From Propionicimonas sp. (GTDB taxonomy: Bacteria; Actinomycetota; Actinomycetes; Propionibacteriales; Propionibacteriaceae): DNA of 57,211 nt. The stretch is taken from contig NZ_JASGES010000039.1 in the NCBI RefSeq assembly GCF_047606205.1, forward strand, positions 1 to 57,211, read 5' to 3'. A program made the translations under genes and the position numbers. The number at the start of each line of letters is the position of its first letter. Position 1 is the stretch's first letter. The notes under the pieces were generated by a model. It did not search any database. It saw only the letters and a list, made by a program, of their open reading frames with translations, and was not told the origin of the DNA. Of this stretch, positions 44,893 through 54,693 are shown in pieces.

Positions 44893-45930
44893 GTGATGAT
44901 CGCTGAGCAGGTGCAACCTCACCGTCCGGTGCGCGGCCACCGAAGCCGCAGCCTCGGTGGCATCGTCGTGCGCTCCGCGGTCGGACTGCTCGCCGTGGCC
45001 GGGCTGGTCGTGCTGCGGGTGGTTGCGGTGCCGTCATGGACGGCGGGGTTGTCGACGGCAGCAAGGGACTTCGTCACCTTGTCGGTGAGCGTGATGGTGG
45101 AGTCACTGCCGTTCGTGTTCCTGGGGATCGCGATCTCGGTGCTGGTCCAGGTCTGGCTCCCGGACCGGGTCTGGGACGTGCTGCCTCGCCGGCCGGTGCT
45201 GCGCCGCCTGGTGCTGTCGCTGCTGGGGGTGCTGTTCCCGGTCTGCGAGTGCGGCAACGTCCCGCTGGCGCGAGGCCTGATGCTGCGCGGGCTGGGAGTG
45301 GCCGAGTCGCTGACCTTCCTGATGGCCGCACCGATCCTGAACCCGGTGACGATCGTGACCACCTACCAGGCATTCGGGTTCGACGACGGCATCCTGGCCG
45401 GCCGGGTCGCCGGCGCGTTCGTGATCGCGAACCTGGTCGGCTGGATCTTCTCCCGGCACCCTGCGCCCGACCGGCTGCTCACCCCCGGGTTCATCGCCGC
45501 CTGTGCCGCCGACCACCACGGCGGCGGGGGCCGGTGGCGCCGCAGTGCGGACGCGTTCGCGACCGAGACCACCACCATGCTGCCCGCCCTGGTGGCAGGC
45601 TCGCTGCTGGCCGGCGCGATCCAGGTCGGCATCCCGCGGGACTGGCTGCTCGGGCTGGGCAGCAACCCGACCATCTCGGTGGCGATGCTGATGGCGTTGG
45701 CGTTCGCGGTGTCGATGTGCTCGAACGTCGACGCGTTCTTCGCGTTGTCGCTGGGCGCCACCTTCGCGCCGGGGGCGATCATCGCCTTTCTCGTGTTCGG
45801 CGCGATGATCGACATCAAGATGCTCACCCTGCTCCGCACCACGTTCACGACCCGCGCCCTGGCGCTGCTCACCGCCCTGGTGCTGTTCGCCACCCTCGTG
45901 ATCGGTCTGGGGGTGAACCTTGCCCTCTGA
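44893..45930 (+). CDS. UPF0718/YcgR-like permease
   Basis: ESLPF, FPVCECGNVP, APILNP, MCSNVDAF motifs. Confidence 0.85.
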   Translation: MMIAEQVQPHRPVRGHRSRSLGGIVVRSAVGLLAVAGLVVLRVVAVPSWTAGLSTAARDFVTLSVSVMVESLPFVFLGIAISVLVQVWLPDRVWDVLPRRPVLRRLVLSLLGVLFPVCECGNVPLARGLMLRGLGVAESLTFLMAAPILNPVTIVTTYQAFGFDDGILAGRVAGAFVIANLVGWIFSRHPAPDRLLTPGFIAACAADHHGGGGRWRRSADAFATETTTMLPALVAGSLLAGAIQVGIPRDWLLGLGSNPTISVAMLMALAFAVSMCSNVDAFFALSLGATFAPGAIIAFLVFGAMIDIKMLTLLRTTFTTRALALLTALVLFATLVIGLGVNLAL

Positions 45931-46747
45931 ACCCGGACGCCGTTTCCTGCCGCCGGAGAACGCCACCCTCGCGCCGACGTCCCCGCCCACGCCGCCGGCT
46001 CCCCGCGGCGGCCACGACCACAGCGACGTCCACGGCCACGAGTCCGGCTCGAGCGGCCGAGCCCGGCCGTGGGGCCTGCTGGTCGCCCTCGTCGGGGCCG
46101 TGGGGATCTGCTGGCTGGGGGTCAGCGGACAGCTGGCCCTGTACGTGCACCCGCGCTACACGGTGTTCACGGTGGTCATGGCCGTTCTCGGCGGACTGGC
46201 CGCGCTCGCGTCGTTCGCCGTGCGCGCCCACAGCGACGGCTCCGCACGGGGCTGGGCGGCGTTGGCCGCAGCGGCGGTCCTGATCGGGACGCTGCTGATC
46301 GTCCCGCCGTCCGCGCTCTCCTCGGACGCCGCCCAGCAACGTTCGGTGAACTCCGGCAGCACCGGCGCCGACACGCCGCAGCTCGCCGGCGCCGATCCGG
46401 CCTCGTTCTCGCTGCGGGACTGGGCCGCCCTGATCAGCACCCCGGACGCGGCCGCCAGCTACGCCGGCCAGCAGGTCACGCTGGTCGGTTTCATCACCGC
46501 CAGCGAGGGGTCGCCCGACACCTTCTACCTGACCCGGTTCGTGATCACCTGCTGCACCGTCGACGCGCAGCCGGTCGGCGTCCCGGTCACCGTCCCGGCG
46601 TGGGCCGGAAGCTACCGGGCCGGCCAGTGGCTGGAGGTGGCCGGGCGGCTGAAGCCCGCCGACCACGCCCCCCACGGCGAGGCCCTGGTCGTGGAACCGT
46701 CCTCGATCCGGGTCGTCCCCCAGCCCGCGCAGCCCTATGAGTACTGA
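45920..46747 (+). CDS. TIGR03943/YcgQ-like putative permease subunit
   Basis: LALYVHPRY, TRFVITCCTVDAQP, QPAQPY; His-rich N-terminus. Confidence 0.82.
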   Translation: MPSEPGRRFLPPENATLAPTSPPTPPAPRGGHDHSDVHGHESGSSGRARPWGLLVALVGAVGICWLGVSGQLALYVHPRYTVFTVVMAVLGGLAALASFAVRAHSDGSARGWAALAAAAVLIGTLLIVPPSALSSDAAQQRSVNSGSTGADTPQLAGADPASFSLRDWAALISTPDAAASYAGQQVTLVGFITASEGSPDTFYLTRFVITCCTVDAQPVGVPVTVPAWAGSYRAGQWLEVAGRLKPADHAPHGEALVVEPSSIRVVPQPAQPYEY

Positions 46748-46749
46748 CC

Positions 46750-48156
46750 ATGAGTGCTGACGTAGGACGCAGATCGCATCACGACCCGGGTCGGTTCTGG
46801 CGGCTGGCGCTCGCCGTGTGCGCGGCCCTCGCCCTGGCCGCGGCAGCCCTCGGGACGATGGGCGCCCTGCGCGGGCCCACCCTGGCTGGTGCGACCGTGG
46901 CCGTCGAGCGCACCGTGAGCAGTGCCGGCACCCAGCTGACCCTCCGGTCCCGCCAGCCCATCGACGAGGTCAGTGCCGGCCAGGTCAGCGTGACGCCGGC
47001 CTCCGCCGTCACCGTGGCCAGCCGCGACAACACCGTCACGGTCCGGTTCGCCACCACCCTGGCCTACGCGACCGGCTACACGGTCAGGGTCACCGGCGTT
47101 CGCAGCCCCTACACCGGACGCACCGCCGACTGGCGGTACTCCTTCACCACCCCTGCGGCGGACGTCTACTCCCTGCTCGCGCATCGCGGCGCGGGCGACC
47201 AGCCCGATGACGAGATCGTCACCGAGGCGGCGGGCGCCCGCCGCACCGTGCTGACCGCCGCCGGCATCGACGAGTACACCGTGACCCCCACGCACGTGGT
47301 GGCGATCAGCCATCCCGACGACCAGACCTCCCGGCTGGTCGTCACCGATCGCGACAGCGGCGCACCGGTTGCCGACGTCCGGGCGCCGGAGGTGCCCGCT
47401 CTCGCCCTGCTGCAGATGTCCTCGGACGGCACCCGCTTCGGCTACACCGCCACCGGCACGGACGCCGCGACCGGCGCCCAGGACGACAACACCCTCTACA
47501 TCCAGGACGCCACGCAGCTCGAGCAGGCGCCCACCGCGATCACCAACGCGGGTCAGGCCCTCGCGGTCCAGGACTGGCGGTTCGTCCCCGGGGTGTCCGC
47601 GGTGGTCGTGCTCGCCCTCGACGGTCAGGCCTACCTGATCTACCTCGACTCCGACACCAGGCCGGTCCCGCTCGGCAGCCTCGCCCAGCTCGTCGGGTTC
47701 ACCCCGGGCAACCCCAGCCTCGTCGCCGAAGCCGGCGGGAAGCCGGTCCTGCTCGACCTCACCGCCGGCAGCACCACCCCCATCCAGCGCGCCGCCGACA
47801 CCGAGGACAGCTTCACCGGCCGCACCTCGCTGATCGGCCCGGACGACTACGTGGCCCAGAACGACAAGGTCGTGACCTCGGGGGGGTCCAGCCGCGTGGT
47901 CAGCCGCCTGATCCGCGTCACCGGCGGACACCGGACCATCCTGACCAGCTTTCCCCCCGCGAAGGGCCAGGTGATCGACAGCGGTATCTCCCCCAACGGC
48001 CAGTTCGCCTGGGCGACGGTGCTCTCCCCCGACGCTCCCGCCGACGAACTCACCTCCGGCGCCTCCAGCCACGCCATCACGACCATCGTCGACGCGACCA
48101 CCGGCCGGCTGGTCGGCACCGTCCCCGGTTCGACCCCGGTGTGGGCCGTTCGCTGA
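46750..48156 (+). CDS. Membrane-anchored hypothetical protein (Ig-like plus beta-propeller-like)
   Basis: Single TM, LAYATGYTVRV Ig-like segment, SSDG/SPNG repeats; operonic with the two permeases. Confidence 0.6.
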   Translation: MSADVGRRSHHDPGRFWRLALAVCAALALAAAALGTMGALRGPTLAGATVAVERTVSSAGTQLTLRSRQPIDEVSAGQVSVTPASAVTVASRDNTVTVRFATTLAYATGYTVRVTGVRSPYTGRTADWRYSFTTPAADVYSLLAHRGAGDQPDDEIVTEAAGARRTVLTAAGIDEYTVTPTHVVAISHPDDQTSRLVVTDRDSGAPVADVRAPEVPALALLQMSSDGTRFGYTATGTDAATGAQDDNTLYIQDATQLEQAPTAITNAGQALAVQDWRFVPGVSAVVVLALDGQAYLIYLDSDTRPVPLGSLAQLVGFTPGNPSLVAEAGGKPVLLDLTAGSTTPIQRAADTEDSFTGRTSLIGPDDYVAQNDKVVTSGGSSRVVSRLIRVTGGHRTILTSFPPAKGQVIDSGISPNGQFAWATVLSPDAPADELTSGASSHAITTIVDATTGRLVGTVPGSTPVWAVR

Positions 48157-48244
48157 CCCCGGCCGATGCCCCGGCGCCCTGGGGGCGGCCCGGTGAGGAC
48201 CACCTACCGGGTTGTCCCGCGGTGTCGTGGGTCGGCGGTGCTCC

Positions 48245-48553
48245 TCACCTCGGTTCGACGGACGCGCCCGCGTCCGCCGGGAGGTTGACGGCCGCCCGCA
48301 GTCTCGAGGCGGGCCGGAACGCACAGGTTCGGCTGGCCGGGATGTCCATCGGCTCGCCGGTCTGCGGGTTTCGGCCGGTGCGGGCACCGCGTTCGCGGAC
48401 CTCGAACGTGCCGAACCCGGCGAGGGCCACCTTCTCCCCGGCGGCGACGTCGGCGGTGATGGTGTCGAGGACCGCCCGGACGGCGTCCTCGGCGCCGGTG
48501 AGCGGAAGTCCGGTGCGGGTGGCGATGGCGGCGACCAGTTCTTTCGTGTTCAC
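48245..48553 (-). CDS. hup: HU family DNA-binding protein
   Basis: MNTKELV, GFGTFEV, RTGRNPQTGE; AAGGAG RBS. Confidence 0.9.
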   Translation of the reverse strand: MNTKELVAAIATRTGLPLTGAEDAVRAVLDTITADVAAGEKVALAGFGTFEVRERGARTGRNPQTGEPMDIPASRTCAFRPASRLRAAVNLPADAGASVEPR

Positions 48554-48589
48554 GGATGTCTCCTTGTTGTTGGCCAGGTCGTGGCGGGT

Positions 48590-48760
48590 TCAGCGGGGTG
48601 GGTCGATGAGTCCGCGCTGCAGGGCGCGGACGAGGCTGCGGGGGACGTGGTGGACGATGCCGTCGATCCGCACCGGGACGAGGTCGGGCTGTGCTGCCCT
48701 CCACTGCGAGCGCCGGTGCCGGGTGCGGCTGCGGGACGTACGGCGCTTGGGGACGGCCAT
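48590..48760 (-). CDS. rpmF: 50S ribosomal protein L32, Zn-independent paralog
   Basis: [20 protein letters not shown], no Cys. Confidence 0.92.
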   Translation of the reverse strand: MAVPKRRTSRSRTRHRRSQWRAAQPDLVPVRIDGIVHHVPRSLVRALQRGLIDPPR

Positions 48761-49875
48761 CAGTTCTCCATGCTCAGCGAGCGGATCGGGCCCAACCATG
48801 GCTCCAGGCCGTCGGAGCTGACCTCCCAGAAGCGACCGCGGTCGGCCAGCTCGGCGTCGGTGAGCAGGCAGGAGCCGAACGCTTCCGCGACGGTGTCGCG
48901 ATCGTTCCCGACGCCGACGATCACGATCCGGGTGAACGGATCGGCCTCCTCCCAGTGGTCGTCGGGGCCGATGCTGACCATGCCGCCGGCTCCGTCCCAC
49001 TGGCAGACCTGGGTGGGCCGGCTGGGCAACCAGAAGCACCCTCGGGAGCGGTGGCCGCCCCGGCCCAGCAGTTCGATCCGTTCCTGCAGCCGGTCGGGGT
49101 GGAAGGGACGCTCGGAGGTGAAGTCGATCACCCAGGTCGACGGTTCGGGGTTGGCGGGCAGTGGAGTGCGCCGGACCACCTGGACCCAGTCCTCGCTGTG
49201 CTCGTGGGAGTGGATGCCGGCAGCCAGCGTCTCCGCATCCAGCGCGCCGGCCGAGTCGGCGAGCACCGCACCCGGGCGGGCGAGGTTGCCGATCAGCCCG
49301 CGTGCGGACGCGTCGGCGCCGCCCGCGGCGAGGACCACGTCCGCGTACTCGACCATGGCCGCGGCCGTCTCGGCGACGCCGCGCGGATCGTCGCTGCGGA
49401 CCGGGAGCTCCCGTTCGACGAGCAGGTCGTCGCTGGTCAGGTCTGTGGTGGCACTGGCTCCCTCCAGCGCCACGATCGCGGCCGCCACCCGGACGTGCGG
49501 CGCCGCCTGCGGGTGGTAGCCGATCACCCGGCAGACCTGGCTGGCGTCCGCGGTGACCGGCAACTGCGCGATCAGCGACTGCCACTGCCCACTCGCCGCC
49601 AGCCGCTCCAGGGTCGGCACGACGTCCTCGCGGATGGCGCAGTTCACGCAGGCGTGCTCGACGCCGATCTCCACCCGCTCGATGATGCCGCGCGGGTCGG
49701 ACACCGTCCGGACCAGCACCTCGCGGGACGCGTCCACCTCGTGCCGCACCACGGCGGCCTGCGGCAGGTCCCACTGCAGCCCGATGGTGGCCGCCGCCAT
49801 CGGCTCCTCGGCAATCCCGCTGATCAGGATCACCGGGACCTGCCCTGCCTTCGGCCTTGAGATCCGCTTCTTCAC
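48760..49875 (-). CDS. COG0523/CobW-like protein with degenerate Walker A (Rv0106/Mrf-like)
   Basis: [12 protein letters not shown], CobW_C-type [16 protein letters not shown]; no GxxGxGKT. Confidence 0.8.
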   Translation of the reverse strand: MKKRISRPKAGQVPVILISGIAEEPMAAATIGLQWDLPQAAVVRHEVDASREVLVRTVSDPRGIIERVEIGVEHACVNCAIREDVVPTLERLAASGQWQSLIAQLPVTADASQVCRVIGYHPQAAPHVRVAAAIVALEGASATTDLTSDDLLVERELPVRSDDPRGVAETAAAMVEYADVVLAAGGADASARGLIGNLARPGAVLADSAGALDAETLAAGIHSHEHSEDWVQVVRRTPLPANPEPSTWVIDFTSERPFHPDRLQERIELLGRGGHRSRGCFWLPSRPTQVCQWDGAGGMVSIGPDDHWEEADPFTRIVIVGVGNDRDTVAEAFGSCLLTDAELADRGRFWEVSSDGLEPWLGPIRSLSMEN

Positions 49876-49994
49876 CCCTGCCTCGCCTTCATCCTCGGGT
49901 TCCGCTTGTTGATCACGAACACCCGGCCGCGACGACGCACGATCTGGGCGCCGGGAAGCCGCTTCAACGCCCGCAGCGAGTTGCGCACCTTCAT
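49872..49994 (-). CDS. rpmJ: 50S ribosomal protein L36 type B
   Basis: Translated by hand: [40 protein letters not shown]; not in the ORF track. Confidence 0.93.
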   Translation of the reverse strand: MKVRNSLRALKRLPGAQIVRRRGRVFVINKRNPRMKARQG

Positions 49995-50242
49995 CGGTCG
50001 CCGCCCTGCCCGTAGCGGCGGCGGAACCGTTCGACCCGGCCCTCGGTGTCGACGATGCGCTCGCGCCCGCTCCAGAACGGATGCGAGGCGCTGGAGATCT
50101 CCACGTCGAGCACCGGGTAGGTGGCGCCCTCGAACTCGATGGTCCGGGTCGAGTCCAGGGTTGAGCCGGTCCGGAAGACCAGGCCCGCGGAGCGGTCCCG
50201 GAACACGACCTGGCGGTACGGGGGATGGATGTTCTTCTTCAT
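49991..50242 (-). CDS. rpmE2: 50S ribosomal protein L31 type B
   Basis: [30 protein letters not shown]. Confidence 0.94.
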   Translation of the reverse strand: MKKNIHPPYRQVVFRDRSAGLVFRTGSTLDSTRTIEFEGATYPVLDVEISSASHPFWSGRERIVDTEGRVERFRRRYGQGGDR

Positions 50243-50257
50243 GTCTCCTGCTACTCT

Positions 50258-50278
50258 AGTTGAGAACGAGTCGCAGTA
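50258..50278. promoter_or_regulatory. Zur box between the divergent r-protein operons
   Basis: AGTTGAGAACGAGTCGCAGTA resembles the actinobacterial TTGAAAATGATTTTCAA palindrome. Confidence 0.7.
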
Positions 50279-50293
50279 TACATAGGAGTCTGA

Positions 50294-50530
50294 ATGTCGA
50301 GCACCTGCCGCGTCACCGGGGCCCGCCCCGGTTTCGGCAACAACGTGTCCCACTCGCACCGACGCACCCGGCGCCGCTGGGATCCGAACCTGCAGCGCAA
50401 GCGCTACTGGGTGCCCAGCCTGGGCAGGAACCTCACCCTGCGGGTGAGCGCCCGCGGGATCAAGGAGATTGACCGCAACGGCATCGACGTGGTGGTGGCC
50501 CGGCTGGCGCGGGAAGGGGTGCGATTCTGA
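50294..50530 (+). CDS. rpmB: 50S ribosomal protein L28, Zn-independent paralog
   Basis: [21 protein letters not shown]; single Cys. Confidence 0.95.
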   Translation: MSSTCRVTGARPGFGNNVSHSHRRTRRRWDPNLQRKRYWVPSLGRNLTLRVSARGIKEIDRNGIDVVVARLAREGVRF

Positions 50531-50700
50531 TGGCGAACAGGGCGAAGGACCTGCGTCCGCTCGTGAAGCTGCGCTCCAGCGCAGGCACGGGCTACACCTA
50601 CGTGACCCGGAAGAACCGGCGCAACGACCCCGAGCGGATGCGACTGCGCAAGTTCGACCCGGTGGTGCGTCGCCACGTCGAGTTCGTGGAGACCCGCTGA
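50530..50700 (+). CDS. rpmG: 50S ribosomal protein L33, Zn-independent paralog
   Basis: Translated by hand: [56 protein letters not shown]. Confidence 0.94.
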   Translation: MANRAKDLRPLVKLRSSAGTGYTYVTRKNRRNDPERMRLRKFDPVVRRHVEFVETR

Positions 50701-51002
50701 TGGCCAAGACCTCGAAGATCGCAGCCAACGAACGCCGCAGGCGGACGGTGGCCCGCTACGCCTCCCGGCGGAGCGAACTGAAGGAGCGCGCGCGCACCGC
50801 GTCCACCCTGGCAGAGCGGATGGCCGCGCAGTCCGCGCTCGCCGGGCTGCCCCGGGACGCCAGCCCGGTGCGGGTGCGGAATCGCGACGCCGTGGACGGA
50901 CGTCCTCGCGGCTACCTGCGGGTGGCCGGCATCTCCCGGATCCGTCTCCGTGAACTGGCCCACAACGGCGAGCTGCCCGGCATCAGAAAGTCCTCATGGT
51001 GA
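50700..51002 (+). CDS. rpsN: 30S ribosomal protein S14, long Zn-independent form
   Basis: MAKTSKIA...[21 protein letters not shown]...LPGIRKSSW. Confidence 0.95.
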   Translation: MAKTSKIAANERRRRTVARYASRRSELKERARTASTLAERMAAQSALAGLPRDASPVRVRNRDAVDGRPRGYLRVAGISRIRLRELAHNGELPGIRKSSW

Positions 51003-51009
51003 GGGTGGC

Positions 51010-52012
51010 ATGAGCGTTCCGGTGGTGATCCTGTCCGGCTACCTCGGCGCGGGCAAGACCACGCTGCTCAACCACCTGTTGAGCCGTCGCGAAGCCCGCG
51101 TCGGCGTGGTCGTCAACGACTTCGGCGACGTCGACGTCGACGCCGGGCTGATCACCGGCCAGATCGACGAACCGGTCTCGATCGCCGGCGGCTGCCTGTG
51201 CTGCCTGTCCGACACCGCCGGCCTGGACGAGGCGTTGCGCACGCTGGCCAGCCCGGCGCTCGCACTGGACGCCATCGTCATCGAGGCCAGTGGAGTGGCT
51301 GAGCCGGGCCAGCTCAGCTGGCTGGTGTGGCTGTGCGACGTTCCGCAGGTCCGTCCCGGCGGCGTGGTCGAGGTGGTCGACTCCGTGGAGTACTTCGACA
51401 CCCTCGACACCGAACCGGACCGTCCGGCACCCCGCCGTTTCGCGGCCGCCTCGCTGGCCGTGCTCAACAAGACCGACCTGCTCGGCGACCCGGCCGCCGC
51501 CGGGGAACGCCTGTCCCGGATCGCAGCGCGCATCCGCTCGGTCAATCCCGACCTGACCCTCGTCACCGCGGCCGGCGGCGCCATCGATCCGGCGCTGGTC
51601 TTCGACGTCGCCGACCGCGAGCCGGTGCGTCAGCCGAGCCTGCCAGGGCTGGGGCACCGCCACCACCACGACCATCCCCGCGCCCAGCAGGTGACCGGGC
51701 GGTTCAGCGGGCCGGTCTCCCCCGGCAGGCTGATCGACCTGCTCGAGCAGCCCCCGGCCGGGGTCTACCGGGCCAAGGGACGGGTCGCGGTGCGGGTCGG
51801 CCAGCACCAGCGCGGCTATGACGTGAACCTGGTCGGACGCCGCATCCACATCGCCAGCGCGCCCACGCCCCCCCGCCGGCAGCGTGGTCCTGATCGGGCC
51901 CGGCTTCGACCACGACGTGGTCGCCCGTCGACTGGATGCGCTCGCCGGCGGCGACGCGAGCGACACCGGCGGGCTCCGACGTCTCCAGCGCCACCGCCGC
52001 CACGACCTGTGA
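51010..52012 (+). CDS. COG0523/CobW-family Zn metallochaperone GTPase with an apparent frameshift near the 3' end
   Basis: GYLGAGKTT, GGCLCC, IEASG, NKTD, His tract; C7 run at 51868-51874, after which the expected VVLIG motif is in another frame ending at TGA 52012. Confidence 0.8.
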
Positions 52013-52063
52013 TCGGGAGGAGTTCGTCATGCTGACACCGCTGCGCTTTGTAGGGTCGCGTCC

Positions 52064-53683
52064 ATGAGCATCCCCGCGACTCACGCCGGCCACGAACACC
52101 GCTCCCGGCCGCCGACGATGGAGCGGTCCTGCGACGTGGCCGTGATCGGTGGCTCGGCTGCGGGCCTGGCCGCGGCGCTGCAACTCGCGCGACAACGGCG
52201 CAGCGTCCTGGTGGTGGACGACGGCAGCCCGCGCAACGCCCCGGCCGCGCACATGCACGGCTATCCCGGATACGACGGGGCGCCGCCCACCGCTCTTCCG
52301 GCCGCGGGGCGCGAGGAGGTTCGCCGCTACGGCGGCGAGGTGCTCACCGGGAGAGTGTCGGCCGTGCGCCGCGGCGAGGGCGGCCGGTTCCGGCTCGACC
52401 TCACCGGTGGACACTCGCTGTCGGCGCGTCGCGTCCTGGCCGCGACCGGCCTGACCGATGACCTCCCCCCGATCGAGGGCCTCCTCGATCAGTGGGGAAG
52501 AGCTGTCGTCCACTGCCCGTTCTGCCACGGGTTCGAGCTCCGGGACCGCAGCGTCGTCCAGATCGTGAGCCAGCCGCTCGGGCTCCATTCGACGCCGCTG
52601 TGGCGGCATCTGACCGGCCGGCTGACCGTGGTGCTGCACGATCCCACCGGGATCGATGACGTGGCGCTGGCCGGTCTGCGCGCGGCCGGGGTGCCGGTCG
52701 AGAATACCGAGGTCTCGCGGATCGTTTCCGGGGCGGACGGGCACCTGCGCGGCGTCGAACTCGTCGACGGTCGGCTGCTGCCCGCCGATGCCGTCGCCGT
52801 CGGCCCCCGGTTCCGGGCTCGCGCCGAGACGCTGGCGGGAGTGGGGCTGCGGACGACGGCCCACCCGTCCGGCGCCGGGGACTTCCTCGAGGTCGACCAG
52901 GTCGGCGCCACCGCCGTTCCAGGCATCTACGCGGCCGGAAACCTCACCGACCCCTCGCTGCAGGTGTTGCCTTCCGCCGCCCAGGGTAGCCAGGTGGGTG
53001 CGATGATCGCGTTCAGCCTCGCCGCGGAGGATCTGGACGACACCGTCCGGCGTTCGGGCGAACGGGCCGACTGGGAGCACCGGTACTCCGGTCCGGACCG
53101 GGCCTGGAGCACGAACCCCAACGGTTCCCTGGTGATCGAGGCCGGCGACCTCCCGCCGGGCCGGGCGCTGGACGTCGGCACGGGCGAAGGAGCGGACGCG
53201 CTCTGGCTGGCCGAACGGGGTTGGTCGGTCACCGCCACCGACATCTCTGGCAACGCCCTGGCCAGGGTGCGAACCGCAGCGTCCGAACGGGGGCTCGACA
53301 TCACCCTCCTTCGGGTGGACGCCAACGACCCCGATCCCTACGGCGGTGAGGTCTTCGACCTGGTCTCGCTGCAGTACGGCTCCTTCACCCGGACGCCCGA
53401 CCAGCGTGGGCTACGGAGCCTGCTGGCGGCCGTGGCGCCCGGCGGGACGTTGCTGGTCGTCCACCACGATCTCTCCCCTTCGCGGGAGCCGGTGGACGTC
53501 GCGACCCAGACCCGGATGTTCGACCCGCAGGCGTACGTCGGCGTGGACGAGATCGCGGCGGCGCTGGCCGCCCGGCCGGGCACCTGGCAGATCGAGTGTC
53601 ACCAGACCCGACCGCGCCCGGTGGGGGCGGTCAGCACCCATCACATCGACGATGTCGTGCTGCGCGCTCGGCGACGCGGGTAA
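52064..53683 (+). CDS. TrxB-like FAD oxidoreductase fused to a class I SAM methyltransferase
   Basis: IGGSAAGL, HCPFCHG, YAAGN; C-terminal ALDVGTGEGADA. Confidence 0.87.
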   Translation: MSIPATHAGHEHRSRPPTMERSCDVAVIGGSAAGLAAALQLARQRRSVLVVDDGSPRNAPAAHMHGYPGYDGAPPTALPAAGREEVRRYGGEVLTGRVSAVRRGEGGRFRLDLTGGHSLSARRVLAATGLTDDLPPIEGLLDQWGRAVVHCPFCHGFELRDRSVVQIVSQPLGLHSTPLWRHLTGRLTVVLHDPTGIDDVALAGLRAAGVPVENTEVSRIVSGADGHLRGVELVDGRLLPADAVAVGPRFRARAETLAGVGLRTTAHPSGAGDFLEVDQVGATAVPGIYAAGNLTDPSLQVLPSAAQGSQVGAMIAFSLAAEDLDDTVRRSGERADWEHRYSGPDRAWSTNPNGSLVIEAGDLPPGRALDVGTGEGADALWLAERGWSVTATDISGNALARVRTAASERGLDITLLRVDANDPDPYGGEVFDLVSLQYGSFTRTPDQRGLRSLLAAVAPGGTLLVVHHDLSPSREPVDVATQTRMFDPQAYVGVDEIAAALAARPGTWQIECHQTRPRPVGAVSTHHIDDVVLRARRRG

Positions 53684-53772
53684 CCCTCGGCGCACACCTG
53701 CCTGTTCGGCCGTGCCCGCCTCCGCAGCGCGGCGTCGGCCGTTCGGCGTGGGCGCCCCGGTCGGGGCGACGC

Positions 53773-54693
53773 TCAGCCGACCTCGTTCGCGACGACGGGC
53801 GTCCGGCCCGCCTCGGGAGCCGGCTGGTCGGCGGCTCGCACCGCGCGTCTCTGCCGCGCGGACCGCTGCCGGATCGCGCCGACGGCGGTGGCGACCAGAT
53901 AGATGGCGAACGAGATCGTGGTCACGTAGGGGCTGATCGGGATCGAGGCGCCCAGGGCGAGCAGGATCCCACCGACCATGGCGAGGAACCCGAAGGCCAT
54001 GGACAGCAGGGCCACCCGGGTCGGCGAGTGGGTCAGCCGCACCGCCGCAGCCGCGGGAGTGATCAGGATCGACAGCACCAGCAGCGAGCCGACGACCTGG
54101 ACACTGACCGCGACGGCGAGCCCGAGCAGCAGCATGAAGGCGAGCGACAGTCCGGCTGTGGGCACCCCCCTGGCCTCGGCGACGTCGGGATCGAGGCTGG
54201 CGAAGGTGAGCGGACGCCAGATGGCCAGCAGGCCGACCACCACCACCGCGCAGATCGCGATTAGCACGCCCAGTTGGGGGTCGTCGACCGCCACGATCTG
54301 GCCGGTGAGCAGGCCGAACTTGTTCGCCGTCCGCCCCGGGTACAGCGAGAGGAACAGAATGCCGAGGCCCAGGCCGAACGGCATCAGGACGCCGATCACC
54401 GAGTTGCGCCGGCGCGCGCGCGTTCCGAGGACGCCGATCAGGGCGGCGGCCGACACCGACCCGAGCAGTGCGCCGGGTACCACCCCGATGCCGAAGAGCA
54501 GCCCGGCCGCGCCACCGGCGAAGGACAGCTCGCTGATCCCGTGGACGGCGAACGCGAGGTCGCGCTGCATCACGAAGGTGGCCACCAGTCCGCCGACCAG
54601 GCCCAGGACGGCGCCCGCGATCACGGAGTTCGCCAGCAGGGCGAGCAGCTGGCCGTAGTCGGCGAAGTCGAACAGCCGGGTCATCCAGTCCAT
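53773..54693 (-). CDS. znuB: Zn/Mn ABC transporter permease
   Basis: FAVHGISELSFAG, RPLTFASLDP, VGSLLV. Confidence 0.85.
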   Translation of the reverse strand: MDWMTRLFDFADYGQLLALLANSVIAGAVLGLVGGLVATFVMQRDLAFAVHGISELSFAGGAAGLLFGIGVVPGALLGSVSAAALIGVLGTRARRRNSVIGVLMPFGLGLGILFLSLYPGRTANKFGLLTGQIVAVDDPQLGVLIAICAVVVVGLLAIWRPLTFASLDPDVAEARGVPTAGLSLAFMLLLGLAVAVSVQVVGSLLVLSILITPAAAAVRLTHSPTRVALLSMAFGFLAMVGGILLALGASIPISPYVTTISFAIYLVATAVGAIRQRSARQRRAVRAADQPAPEAGRTPVVANEVG

